The translations under genes were made by a program, and so were the position numbers. A DNA stretch of 64,000 nt from Eutreptiella sp. 'Long Island Sound 2002' (lineage: Eukaryota > Protista > Euglenida), in assembly GCA_964036045.1 (NCBI GenBank), contig OZ038378.1, positions 157,852,001 through 157,916,000 of the forward strand, in the 5' to 3' direction. A model generated the notes under the pieces. It did not search any database. It saw only the letters and a program-made list of their open reading frames with translations, and was not told the origin of the DNA. The first letter of the stretch is position 1. Every line of letters starts with the position of its first letter. This document shows positions 1 through 12,237 of this stretch, piece after piece.

Positions 1-480
1 TGGCCGCCGGGTCATGCTGCAGGAGTGGGCTTGGTTTCATGTGTAAATGATCTTCTACTTACTACCAATTTCGGCTATGAGCCCATGGAGGTTCAAAGTT
101 GGCAGTGCAGTCGCAAGCACCAGTCCTTTCCTGTTCAGTTTTCAGATTCATCCAGAACCTGCTTTGGGGGCAGGCAATCGCCAACGATCCGGAAAAATTC
201 CGAAGAATGATTGGATACAGGCACCTTTTCACAGGTATGACGGTCCGCAGTCTGCTCCATTGGAGGAACTGCTCAAACAGGTTGTTCAGTCGCTGTTGAA
301 CTGAAAATGTCAGACTCCATCATGGGGGTTTATTGTACAGTGTGTTTCAGATACTGCTGACAGTCAAGCTCCTGAGTGGATTTGGTGCATTCAAGAGAGC
401 CTTTTGGCTTGGTTAAGTTTGTTCCGTGAAACGTAGTCCCGCAGTGTTTTGTTGTTCAGTCTCGCTTGCGACAGCCCTGC

Positions 481-717
481 TTACAGCCATTGTCAATGCC
501 CCCCGTTACCTTCGTTTACAGTGTGGCTTGCCTGTGGGGCGGGCGCAGTTTTTACTCTTCAGGCCGTCAACTGTTATGCTTGGAATCTGGGGTTAGGTTT
601 TTCACAGGGGTTTTGACCATCTCAGAGTCATCTGCTGTTGTGTCTCTGCATCTGTTGATACCCATGGAAGCCATTCCGCTCATTGCAGCCTCCTTTTGAT
701 GTAGTATATTTCCCATT
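481..717 (-). repeat. inverted 237-bp copy of the LINE segment at 5655-5891
   Basis: Near-identical reverse complement. Confidence 0.9.
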
Positions 718-880
718 CAAGGCTTGGAATGGCCTTCTTTGGAGAGACAAAAGTAGCCCCAATGACTTTCTGGTGAGGGGCCCATTGCCTCCCCTCGCCC
801 AAAACAGCGTAGACAATTCATTTCGAAAAGCCCAAACCAGTGCATCCACCCGGAAGTACCAACCGGCACACTTCCGGAGC

Positions 881-1117
881 ATTTACGCCCCCCCCCCCCC
901 CCGCCCCTGCCGCTTGAAAACCCATGTCTTTAGGGTGGGGGGAATGAGGGGGGGAAGGCAAGAAAACTTCGTTCGCCCATTGAGGGCAGTATGCACCACT
1001 TCAGACCTTGCCCCCAGCCCCCAACCCCCCCCCCCTGCCACCACCCATCGTGTCTCCAGGCGCCCCCCCTCAAGACAAATGTTTTTGGCCGGCACAGCTC
1101 GGGGCGGGGGCTTAAAT
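881..1117. mobile_element. possible MITE with poly(C/G) TIRs and a TTAA-like target (piggyBac-like)
   Basis: Ends are ATTTACGCCCCC...GCCCC and GGGGCGGGGGCTTAAAT; the left TTAA carries one mismatch. Confidence 0.4.
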
Positions 1118-2154
1118 CAATGGATGAAGAGCTGTAGTCGTTGATGATCAACAGCATGTGACGTCCAGAGCCGAAGTGTGCATGGCCTCGCCCGTTTTCT
1201 GTTAGCTTTTGGGCCGCAGGAGGCCTGCGCTCACAGAGCGAAAATACAGAAATTATGTGCCACAAATGGGAGGAGGCGCGTGTGGGTATGAGAGGGCTTT
1301 GCACCAGGCTGGGGAGCTGTGGTTTCAGTACAGCAATCCAAGTACAACTGTAACCAGGTGTCCAGTGGTCATTCTGAGTTGGCCTATTGACACCAGTAAA
1401 TGGCTGTTGACATGGATACGCTGATCAGGTTGTTGATCAGGGTGTCAACATGCCAACCACTGCTCATGCCTGCTCCCACTGCCAACTGTCTCCTACGTCT
1501 CAAGAACTAGGCGTCTTCTTTTAGTTCCTCTATCTGTGCTTCTATTGTGAGTAGTTGATGGTGCCAGGATGACTCGCGCAGTTGGAAATGTTGGCGGGGC
1601 AGCAGTAGTTGTGGGAGGTAAAAGGGGGAGCAGCGGTGGGCTGGGAGTTGGCTGGAGCATTCTCTTGTGCACTGTTGATTAGGAGAAATGTAGGTGTTGT
1701 GTTTTGCAATTTGGTTCACTTCACCACATGACGCTCCGCGCAACACTTGGGTTTAAACTCATATGGGCACCACTAGGCTCAAGGTTTTGTTGTGGGAACG
1801 TCACAAAAGGGGAATGGATGTGTTGCCATGTGTTTGCGTTGCCATTCAGTACGACTTGTGAGGGCAAAGCTGCTCCCCATTACACAATGCTGAGCAATAA
1901 CACAAGGCATTGGTGTTGGTAATGAACATGAGATGCAGGTGACAGGGCAGGGGGTTGGTGTCCTCAGGCGCAACGTTCGTCTTGCGGACGTTCATCAGCT
2001 TGAGATTCAAGGGGCTGATCTTGACCGGCCTCCATTACGGTCCTCAGCGACCACGTGGCATCCTTCTCTTGTTTTCCCTACCAGTTGCGTTTACACTTTG
2101 GCATTTTAGGAGAACGAAGTGCGGTTTGTGTGGATTTTGAGCTCCTTCCCACTA

Positions 2155-4614
2155 CCCCCCCCCCTTGTATAAGCTACGCCAATGTACGGAATTATTACGG
2201 TCCCTACGCCTACTGTAGCTTGGACACGGGCGTAGCTTACGCGCAATAAATACAACTACCGACACACACGTGCGCGCGCGCATGGTATGAGTGCCCCTTG
2301 ACCTCCGCCCACATTACCAAGTGCATGCAAACACAAGAAGGCCTTGGGAACATGAAAATTTCAGGTTTACACAAATGTTGGCACAAGCAATGAGGAATGC
2401 GAAGCCTACAAATGTTCGGCTCGGAAACCCTTCTTGCGATCATACACCATGCGGAACAATTGCACATGCTCACCACTTGAAGATGCCTTTGGCTGAGGCT
2501 TAGGGGCTGGTTTGGGCTTGGGCAACGTCAAATTCTTGGGAATGAAATTGCCTTGCATGTGGTCCCTTGTAAAATACAACTTACCATCGAAGACATGGGC
2601 CATTCCCCACACGCCTCGGGCAGCCTTAGCCCAAACAACTTCAGTGGGTTCATCATCGGAGTCACTAGAATCATCACTTGAGGAAGACTCAGAAATGGGA
2701 CCATCATCATCGGTGTCCGTCCCGGAATCAGAATCAGAATCACCACTTGAATCAGAATCAGAATTGGCAAAATACTTCAAATCCTCAAGCTCCGACAACT
2801 TCATCCCCTTGGGGAAGTAAGCCGCACGGCACGCGGCCCTAATATCATCCTCCGTGATGGCATCAAATGCCTCCAAAACCCATGTGGCGGTTTCCTCACG
2901 GGAAGGGACGGGGACGGGCCCTTGTTTCCTTTTTTTCCCCATCAATTTGTCTTCCACCCACCCGGCATAGTTCTCCTCCAAAGAGGATTTGAATGACCCA
3001 TTGATCATTTTTTTGTCACATGCTTGAATGTATGGAGTACAATTTGGGGCCGTGATGTAAAGCCACAAATTGGCATTCTTGAAGGCAAGGGCAACGGATG
3101 CATGCATGTGGGCAGGGGCCCCATCAGCCGTAAAAACACATTGCTCACCCTCTCCCAAAGGAATGGCATGCCGCAAAGTTTCCTTAACAACATATAGCAT
3201 GGATGCCTCATTGGTCTTGCCCTTCTTGGTGACCGTTTGCACCATGCGCCGCATCTTCCGGTTCAACCCGGTGACCTCCCTTTTAATTCGCCCTTCCGTT
3301 TCGCCCTTCCAAATTAACACCGGCTTTAACTTTACCACCCGGCCCAACTTGATACATGGGTCGTTATCTTCATCCGTCCCATGTTCCAATTTGACAGCAA
3401 ACTGCAAAAAGGCGGTGATGTTGTTCTTGTGGCGGCCGTTGATGCGCACCACAACGCGGTGCGCGGACTTGTCATCCAAACACTTCCCAGAAAGTGGCTC
3501 CAACGACACTTGGGTTTCATCGCCGTTGGCCATCCATTGGACCTTCTTTGTCCGAATGGCGCGGTGTAGAACAGCACGATACCTACAGTGACAGGTGGAA
3601 AGCATCAGACTAAAAATTAAAAATTCCCAGTGCACCAGCAGGGGGCCACATGTGCTGAAATTGGCACTTCAGGACCTATGGGAGGCATCACTTCTTCAAT
3701 GCCTCCTCTTGCTCCTCCCATTCCCCAATGTTCTTGGGGGACTTGACGTGATACTTGTCGGCTGCGCGCCGCAGCCCATGTTGCCTCGCGTAGTTGATGA
3801 TCTCCACTTTTTCGTGAGCACTTCGAAAACGACGAAGGGGGGCAGCCGCGACCTCCGCCCTTGTGCGGCGCCGGGTGGTCTTCACTTTGGTGCAGTCCAG
3901 AGCCACGGCCGTAGAGTTGGAGGCGGTAGTGGCCTCCACGCACCGATACTTGGTGGGGGGCTCATCCTCCTCCTCCTCATCCTCGCTGGCAGGGCGGGGG
4001 TGAGCAAAGAAGTGCTCCATGGTGAGCTGCCCCCATGCGGCAGCCCTGGGGGACCTTCGTGGTGTGCCTGGGCTTGGGACACGGCTCAGCCACCACCTCT
4101 GGTTCATGAGGAACTTCAGCAACGGTGGGAGGGATCGGCGGTGTGTCCGGCTCGGGGGAGGGAGATGGGGACCGGATGAAGAACTCGATTTTTGAGAGGG
4201 GGGCACAGGGGTGTGTGACCACCTGCCCACTCTTCATGTACTCCAATACCGCAAATTGGTCCCCCTTCTCCGATGGTCCCTTCATTGTAGCATCCACACG
4301 GTCACCGGTGGAACGTGTGAAAATAACTGGACGGCCAGGTTCAAAAAGAGAAGATTGCATGGTGAGCTGATGCAAGAAAGGGGAATATAAAGCACAAATA
4401 TTCCCAAAATCAGAGCCATGTGGGTTGAAGTGGGTGAAGGCTTACAACAAATGTGTCCATGGCTCCATCTAATTGGCAAATCTGTCACCAAACCCATGTC
4501 TTTTGTGGCCGCACTACATACCGTACGCAATTAAAATTACGTACACAATTATTACAGTCCCTACGCCTACTGTAGCTTGGACACGGGCGTAGCTTATACA
4601 AGGGGGGGGGGGGG
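2155..4614 (-). mobile_element. pogo-family (Tc1/mariner superfamily) DNA transposon, near full length, probably defective
   Basis: TA at 2153-2154 and 4615-4616 flanks TIRs C10-TTGTATAAGCTACGCC (2155-2180) and GGCGTAGCTTATACAA-G13 (4586-4614). A 39-bp subterminal direct repeat lies at 2201-2239 and 4558-4596. Contains a DDE transposase. Confidence 0.95.
2406..4360 (-). CDS. pogo/DDE_1 transposase (DD35D) with N-terminal HTH; one +1 frameshift near 4050 and a predicted 109-nt GT-AG intron (3583-3691)
   Basis: Catalytic motifs are NGDET, TADGAPAH and PYIQACD, with 35 aa between the last two Asp. HTH is KVEIINYARQHGLRRAADKYHV. Removing 3583-3691 joins ALK-K-YRAVLH in frame. The second (CENP-B type) HTH appears absent. 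Confidence 0.85.
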
Positions 4615-5322
4615 TATCATGGGCCACAATACTACAGAAGTGCCCCACGTCCACCAAAAAGCAGCCCGACACACATCACTAGCACCCAAACCCGCACCAT
4701 ATGCAGAGGGGGCGTTTTCGCACAGCATGGCCACAGCGCCAATGTGCATGGGGTGGTGTGGCCAGGTTTGAAATCATTTTTACGGAGTGCAGGGGTGTTG
4801 TAGCGGCTTGACATGGTGTGCTAGTAGTTGTAACCAGGCCTGAGTCGGTTTTCAGGACCCCTCCCCCCTTGGCACAGACCACGGCTTGTCCGGGCCACAG
4901 GAGGTGCGGTTTCGGCAGCTTACCCTGTTGACGGTCGGTGATGTTTTTCCACATGCTCCTGCACTCTGCACCCTGCAGCCCCTGCGGGTACACCAGGGAA
5001 TTTTGTTTTGAAGTCTGATGCTTGCCACGGGCCCCAGGGTCCTGAATTCTGCATCCCTGATGCTGTGTTGAATGGATCATGCACGCTTCTGTAAGTGGGG
5101 TGTTTTCAGGGGTGTTCCCGAAATAAACAACGTACACGTCTAACCTATTTCTAATACCGTGAAACCATCCCTGCAACAGTCAAACCCGGCTACAACCGCC
5201 CTACAACCCGTCTAACACACCGCAACATCCGTGCACCCTGTCCAAATCATTTCAGGATTGGCTGGTACAGTAGTAGTATGCAGCCCGGGGGCGGGGTGGT
5301 ACTCAGACTGAACTGGTTACGA

Positions 5323-5357
5323 ATGTTGTTGTTGTTGTTGTTGTTGTGTTGTTGTTG

Positions 5358-5390
<33 letters not shown>

Positions 5391-5417
5391 GTTGTTGTTG
5401 TTGTTGTTGTTGTTGTT
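5323..5417. repeat. (GTT)n microsatellite
   Basis: Direct inspection. Confidence 0.95.
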
Positions 5418-6240
5418 GCCATGGGTTGTGAGTGTTGACGCAGTGTACCGCCGAACCCTGGGGTTGCGCTTTCCAAAATTGTTTGATGTTTTTTGGCATA
5501 TACACCTTGCGATCATGGCACACCATTGTGGGCGTTACTCGGACATCTTCTCCTGCGATTTCTACCATGAGTCTGTGACTATCTGGTGGTAGTCCTATCC
5601 ATGGAGCAGTGGCTGGTCAGGATAATAGCTCTTCGTGTGAAAGGCATCAGAACCAATGGGAAATATACTACATCAAAAGGAGGCTGCAATGAGCGGAATG
5701 GCTTCCATGGGTATCAACAGATGCAGAGACACAACAGCAGATGACTCTGAGATGGTCAAAACCCCTGTGAAAAACCTAACCCCAGATTCCAAGCATAACA
5801 GTTGACGGCCTGAAGAGTAAAAACTGCGCCCGCCCTGCAGGCAAGCCACACTGTAAACGAAGGTAACGGGGGGCATTGACAATGGCTGTAATGGAAATAA
5901 TGACCGGGCTATGGCTTGTCAGCCCTCGTCACGGAAATATTATACGTTCCCCACTGTAGACGGAGGTCATGGCTTGGCAAATCCTTCCATGACCACAGTC
6001 CTTGGAGCCACACGTGCAACCCTGCACTGGGAGGAACCCCTCCAGTACCGAACAGCAGAGACCCGAAGAAAAATTATCCCCTCCGCTCGAGCAGCAGACG
6101 CATGCACTACAACTGCACTGGCCCCAGGCTTAAGAATATCACAGGTTGAATGGCGAATTCCACATTGAAAGCCACCATCAATGTCACACAGTGTGCACAT
6201 GTGGGCACTGCTCAAGTACCCTGCACATCAGCCCTTCAGA
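5418..6240 (+). pseudogene. decayed non-LTR retrotransposon (LINE) RT/post-RT fragment
   Basis: YYTFPTVDGGHGL resembles the post-RT LYLP..GGLGL motif. 5418-5658 repeats 7985-8225, and 5655-5891 repeats 481-717 inverted. Confidence 0.6.
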
Positions 6241-6959
6241 GGTCCCGGATGGAGAAATGAAATGAAATTTGCTGGTGTGCTGCTGCATCCATCAGCACAT
6301 GATATGGCAGTGAAAAGGGATTGCACGTCCAGGGCAGAGAGAAAATTCCGGCGGGCGTGGGGGGGGGCTCTTCATGTTTCTGGACCACAACACAGAACAA
6401 CGCACGACTGGAGTGGCTTTGGGCCCTCTGCATGCCCTCGAGACAGGCACAGAAAAGCAACGCAAATGCCCGCAGCCTCGCCAGATCCATCAATAATCCT
6501 CCGTGCAAGAAAGGGAGGGAGGGAAGGAGAGATGGAGGGAGAAAGGGAGCACACTGTGGCACGCGGCAAACAAATTGTAAGTAGAATCGAAGGAGCATCG
6601 AAAAGGCAACCTTTGACACCAGCATGGCCTCACCAACGAAACGGACCCGGGGGGGGCGTGTGCGCACAGCGCGGGCACAGCGCGCACATGACAGGAAGAA
6701 ATTGGGGGTTTTTGCTACAATTGGCAATATTCCTGCCTATACAAACCATACTACTCCCCCACAACGTTGGACAGCCTGATGTTTCCTTGTTTAGCTCTGG
6801 CACGGACAGGGGAGGGAGTGTCGGACCTTCCTCACGGACGCCCGGGCGAGCTGCTCTCGTAGTTGCTGAGTTTCTCTGGCTTGCTCCGCGAGTCTCTCCT
6901 CGCCGGAAGCGTGAGGCTGATGTGATTCTGAGGCTGGTTGCATTTCATGCCCGTCCATG

Positions 6960-8225
6960 GCACTTATTATGAAAAGAAGACAGAAAAACTGCCTAAGTAT
7001 GGAAGTGCAAACAACAATTGAGGCGAGGCTCAACTACTGATTTCTGTGCTGCCGGCTGATGAGGAGGAAGAATCAGAACTGTCTGCACTTACAGTAGAGC
7101 AACTGGATATGTATTGGGCGAATCTCGAAAAAGATACCACGAACCTACAGGAAAGGATGCACAACAACACATACCAATGCACTGGAAATGAGGGCAAAGC
7201 ATGCATGCAACTCATATAAATGCATAACAAGGCTCATTGTTACGGGTACTAGGCACCACTATGCAGGTTGGGCATGGTCCTGTACAAAGTTTGTGCACAG
7301 CGCGCACGCCCCCCCAGAAGGGAAATGAAGGTTCCTGGTGTGCCACCTGCGGCTGAAGAGCGACGTCCAAATGATGCAAATGCTTTGGTGGGGCTGTACT
7401 GCCATGCACACAGGTACTTAGCCTTCACCAAATGCCCAAGAAACAGACTGTTGCACCCTCAGGCAATGGCAATGATGTGAAAAAACAGCTCCGGAAGAAA
7501 GCCAGCGAAATGCTTTCTGCGAGAAGCGATTTGCATTCCAGCGATGATTCCATCTGAAACCCATCTCTAACAGCTAGCCAGGGCTTGGTTTTGTGGGTGG
7601 GTGAGAAAGTACCAAAATACCAAAAGACGTAAATCAAGTTAGAAACCCTGGGCCCTACTGATCGATTGGACAACCCTGGTGAGGGGCTCTCCCGAGACCA
7701 CAGACTGGGCTCCCAGTTCAACTGCTTCAGGATGCTTGGCTATGTGCTGAAGCCGTCGCTGGGTTTAGGCTTACCAACGGAAGAGCATAGCAACTGCACA
7801 ACCGGCCCTCCGCCGAAACACACACCCTGTATGTTGACAGTTCTCCCAAGTCGTGGTCCAAAGGAGAGGGTAAAACCGAATTGTGGCAGATGGCAATACA
7901 CTTCATACTCTGGACAGAATGCAGCGACACATGAACTTCCGGCCTTCCACATTCGCCCCCCCCCGGCCCATAACGCATGCTGCAGCCATGAGTTGTGAGT
8001 GTTGACGCAGTGTACCGCCGAACCCTGGGGTTGCGCTTTCCAAAATTGTTTGATGTTTTTTGGCATATACACCTTGCGATCATGGCACACCATTGTGGGC
8101 GTTACTCGGACATCTTCTCCTGCGATTTCTACCATGAGTCTGTGACTATCCGGCGGTAGTCCTATCCATGGAGCAGTGGCTGGTCAGGATAATAGCTCTT
8201 CGTGTGAAAGGCATCAGAACCAATG
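6960..8225 (+). pseudogene. decayed LINE RT fragment
   Basis: Stop-interrupted frame with RT-like order NPGPY*SI, GFRLTNGRA, TLYVDSSPK, LWQM. Shares 241 bp with 5418-5658. Confidence 0.5.
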
Positions 8226-8386
8226 CCCATTTTACACCCTCGAGGCAGGATAGGCCCCATCTCAAGGGCCCCCCCATGGGGAGATGTGGTGTTTCCCGTG
8301 TATGCGTGTGCCTGAATGGAACTTCAAATCGCCCTCTTTCACAGTCCCCAAACTCCTTTTGTCATTTGGAATCCTCTTGGGGCTTC

Positions 8387-9606
8387 ATGAGTGATGGTGC
8401 CCCCCCTCTCTTCGCCGATGTCCCCCTCGAACCCGCCGCACAGGCGGCGCTTAGCATCTTTGACGATGTACCCCTCCACCCGCTGACTGAACCGCCCATG
8501 GCGCCACTTCCCCTGGACTCCCCAACACAGAGCTCAGACCGCTCTTCCCACAGTTCCGAGCCGCGATGCCACGGACGCAGCCCCGGGGTGTCACCGCGGA
8601 GCAAGTCTCCGGCTTCATCACATTCTTCTTCATTGATGGCTCGGCGATCCTCTTCATCATCCATCAGGTATGACTCAGCTGGCACAGAGTGTTGCATCCT
8701 TTCTAAGGCTGGCCGTAAGTATAGTCAAGAGCACGAAAGCGAGCGCCCCATCCCATGCAATGAGCGCCTTCAAGTTGAGTAGGGGCGAAGGAATCATGAA
8801 GGGTAGAACTTCTGTGTCACAAATTCTGTGCGACATTTTTGTGCGCAATCTGTTAGGTGTTTTTAAGGATTTGCACATGTACCCCCCCCCCCTTGTATAA
8901 GCCACACCCTTGTCCAAGCTACAGCGGGCGTAGGGACTGTATTGATTTGGCACCTAATTTGATTCAGTACAAATGTATTGCAGCCACGTGAGAAATGGGT
9001 TTGGTCACAAATTTGCCAGTTGCATAGGGTCATGGACACATTTGTTGTGAGTGTTTGCCCACTTGATAGCTCTGATTTCACGGATATTTGTGCATTGTAT
9101 TCCCCTTTCCTGCACCAGCTCACCGTGCAATCCTCTCTTTTTGACCCGGGCGTCTACGGCCTTGTCCAAGCTACAGCAGGCGTAGGGACCGTATTGATTT
9201 GGTGTTTTTGCGTAGCTTATACAAGGGGGGTGGGGAGGTATATGTTAGGCTGTGCCTGTGCTCGGGTGTGCCATGCCAAACGATTTGGTTCATTCAAATT
9301 ACATTCCCATGGAAATGGCAGGAGTGCTGAAGTGGCCTTTGCTCGTTTGTAGCGTTCCTGTGGCATTCGATGGGGTGCAAGCAAGAGTGCTGGTTGATGC
9401 ACCAGGGAAGTCCTACAGGGACCAACACAACCGTCCACTTGTGTCTCATGAGCAACTTTTGCCAATCCTACGTGATTGTTCGCTCAGTTTTAAGAAATGC
9501 CACGGTGCACCAGAATTTGTAGATTCGGATTTTCCTGGACATGGAACATCCCCCCACCCCGTCAAATCTTCATGCCTTCCAGCAGTACCTCAGCTGACAG
9601 CCACAG
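8387..9606 (+). CDS. multi-exon hypothetical protein, exons 8387-8667 and 9353-9606 (3' end uncertain)
   Basis: Phase-compatible GT-AG junctions (phase 2) give MSDGAPPLFADVPLEP...SI-S-VPVAFDGVQARVLVDAPGKSYRDQH. Upstream pyrimidine tract plus AG. Confidence 0.6.
8882..9238 (+). mobile_element. non-autonomous MITE of the pogo family above, in intron 1 of the gene at 8387
   Basis: TA at 8880-8881 and 9239-9240. Termini are C11-TTGTATAAGC and GCGTAGCTTATACAAGGGGGG. The interior is the reverse complement of the 4350-4600 end of the autonomous copy. Confidence 0.92.
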
Positions 9607-11172
9607 GTGAATTGTACTTATCAACTCCAACCAAATGTACATACCTGAATCGCACCGACACTGCTGCAGTGGAAATGATGATTGTGCCCCCACCCCTGGT
9701 AAGGAAGGTGTGGTGACCTCCAAGGTCGACAGACTGTAGTGAGTGGCAGTAGCCCTTGTTTGGGCTTTGTTGCCCCAGAAAAGCAGTAGATGTTGCTCTG
9801 CGAGTCACCGCGGGGCGCGCCAAGCCAAAGACGTGTCGCTCGGCAAGGCATGACATATGGCCTCGGCCTACAACTCACTACCGTATCCGGGGTCTCTCCC
9901 CAGAACACGGTGGCACCCCGCGCGTTGGCAACCGGAGGGTATTGGGGCTGATGGTGCTACGCCATGTGTTCAGGTCTTCTCGCTCCAATTCGCGATCCCG
10001 CTGGTTGTCCCGCTCATCGTCGCGCTCAACGTCTGCCTCATCGGCGTTGCACCGCCCGTCCGTGTCACGCTCACCATCGCCCCCGTCTGACGCTGCCGGT
10101 ATTCGCCGCCGATGGGGCACCACGGGCATCACCAATTCGCGTCTACGGGGGGAGGGGGGGCATGGGAGGGTGCACTGATTTGGTGGCACATGGGATGGGG
10201 TTTTCGGCGGCTGTCTGTGGTGCGTGGAACAGGGTCCGGGCAATGAAGGACCTTCATGGTACGAATGAAGGGGTTTGGAGTCCACCGCTTGGGTGCGTGG
10301 TGCAACGGTGGGCATTCGAGCTTTGCATGGCCTCAGGACGCTCCAATGGAATCAGCAGCAGCCATCCACAACTGTCCAGCAGTTAATCCGTTCAATCCCC
10401 CCCTCCCCCGGACTGTTTGGGGCACCACCACTGTTGGTTCCCCTCCCCCTTGAGTACCCCCCCCACCCCACCCCCACCCCCCCAAGGGTATCCCCACGCC
10501 CTAAAGGGGCATCTGGCCCACTTCTACTGAGGTGGGGTGGAGAGGGGCATATGCGCACAAGGGGTTGGCACGGCTGCTAATGTTTCAAGTTTGGAGTCAG
10601 GAGCGGGACCCTTCCCACGCAATCATGCAGGCATGGGATCGGCGGTGTTGGTGAGCTCACCCCTGCGGCCCTCTGCTTCTGGGGTCCGCTGCCCTGCCAG
10701 CACTGGCAGGGTCCCCAGGCGGTCATCCAAGACCATGAATTTTGGAGGGTGCTCCCCACACACTCGTTGCACAGGGCCAAGGGGTTTTGCATGACCATGT
10801 TGCACGGAGGGTGCCGCCCGCACGGTGCCCAGAGTGCACCAGGGCATGTGCGTTTGGCTGCATCTGCATGCCCTGATGCGCATGTGTGCCGCAAGTCACC
10901 ACGTTGCTCCATGTTGAAGTCTTGGGGCTATGCTCTGCAGCATGGCGCAAAACCCAGGGAACTTCAATGGTGCAGTGCGCGCGGTGCGCAGGCGGCACCC
11001 TCGTTGTTGCATTGCGCTGCGTTTCGAAGCATTTTGCCTGGGGTCTCCCTCGTGGATTGTGCTCATCTCCACCCCATCTGCACCCCATCTCCACAGCATC
11101 CCCGCCTTATCCCCCTGGGCCCCGTGCCATATGACAGGCGGTTCCCAACACTGTGCTGAGGCTGAGGTCCGG

Positions 11173-11838
11173 GGCATACCACAATCAACCCCCAACACAC
11201 ACGACACTTCAGAGGCGACGCCCCTCCCGTTCACTGTTGGCAATCCCCCGGCCCAGCCCTCACCACAGCCAACTGGACAAACAAGCGCAGGGCCTGGCAC
11301 CAACCCCCCCTGACTCGTGTGCCGTTGTCCAAACCCTTGCACATTCACGATAGCGACCCCAGGTCCTGCAGGATGGAGCATTGCACAGGTTCCGTTGATA
11401 ACCCCAAGTGCGGACCCTTGGGGTGGGGGGTTAAGCAGGACTGTCTGATTTGTCTTATTCCTCAGCGGACCAATGTGTGAATAGGGACGTACGACCCCGC
11501 AGCACCTTTGGAATAAGTCAGCCCGGAGGCTGGACGTGCTACACTTGACATACTGAGCCTGGGCCATGGTCTCCTTTGTAGAGAGTGATGGTGGCAGGCA
11601 TCGGAGTTGGCGTTCCGTGAGGCTGTGCAATGCTCCATCCTGCAGGAGCTGGGGTTGCTATCGTGAATGTGCAAGGGTTTGGACAACGGCGCACGAGTCA
11701 GGGGGGGTGGGTGCCAGGCCCTGCGCTTGTTTGTCCAGTGGGCTGTGGTGAGGGCTGGGCCGGGGGATTGCCAACAGTGAACGGGAGGGGCGTCGCTTCT
11801 GAAGTGTCGTGTGTGTTGGGGGTTGATTGTGGTATGCC
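11173..11838. repeat. foldback: about 215-bp inverted repeats (11173-11387 and ~11620-11838) around a ~230-bp spacer; third partial arm at ~17805-17950
   Basis: Arms are near-perfect reverse complements; no TSD found. Confidence 0.88.
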
Positions 11839-12237
11839 ATCCCCCTGTCCAGTGCTTTCGCCCGGACATTTGTTGCGTCTTGCATTTGTTTGCGTTTGTG
11901 TTCTTGGCATTGCATTTCTGCTTTGGTTCCCACGTGTTGGTTCAGTGTAGTTGTAACGGGAGGTGCGCGTGCACTCCGACGATGTTTTGAGGCTTGGCGG
12001 CCGCCCCCACTTTTTGAAACGGCAATTTGGCCAAAGTGACTCCTGTTTGTCTGGTGTGGCTCAGCGCTAATCTTCAGGCCGGGGGTTTGGAGTTGCAAAC
12101 CCCTGCCGTCATGGGCCAAACCTCATTTGAGAGGGTACTCTTGTTGTAGGGAGCAGCCCATCAAAGGGCCGATGAATCCCCCGTTTCCCCCATTGAGCCC
12201 TGATGCTCATTGCTGGCACACCGTTTATGTGTGCCAG

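Noticed and set aside
481-5891. 237-bp inverted repeats about 5 kb apart as TIRs of a Maverick/Polinton or Mutator element
   Set aside because: No TSD. The right copy is embedded in continuous LINE sequence, and the interior has no polB, integrase or MuDR ORF.
9756-11170. Many overlapping 100-240 aa ORFs in GC-rich sequence (also 14369-15615 and 18483-19236)
   Set aside because: Open in several frames and both strands, overlap dispersed repeats, and show no motif I can support.
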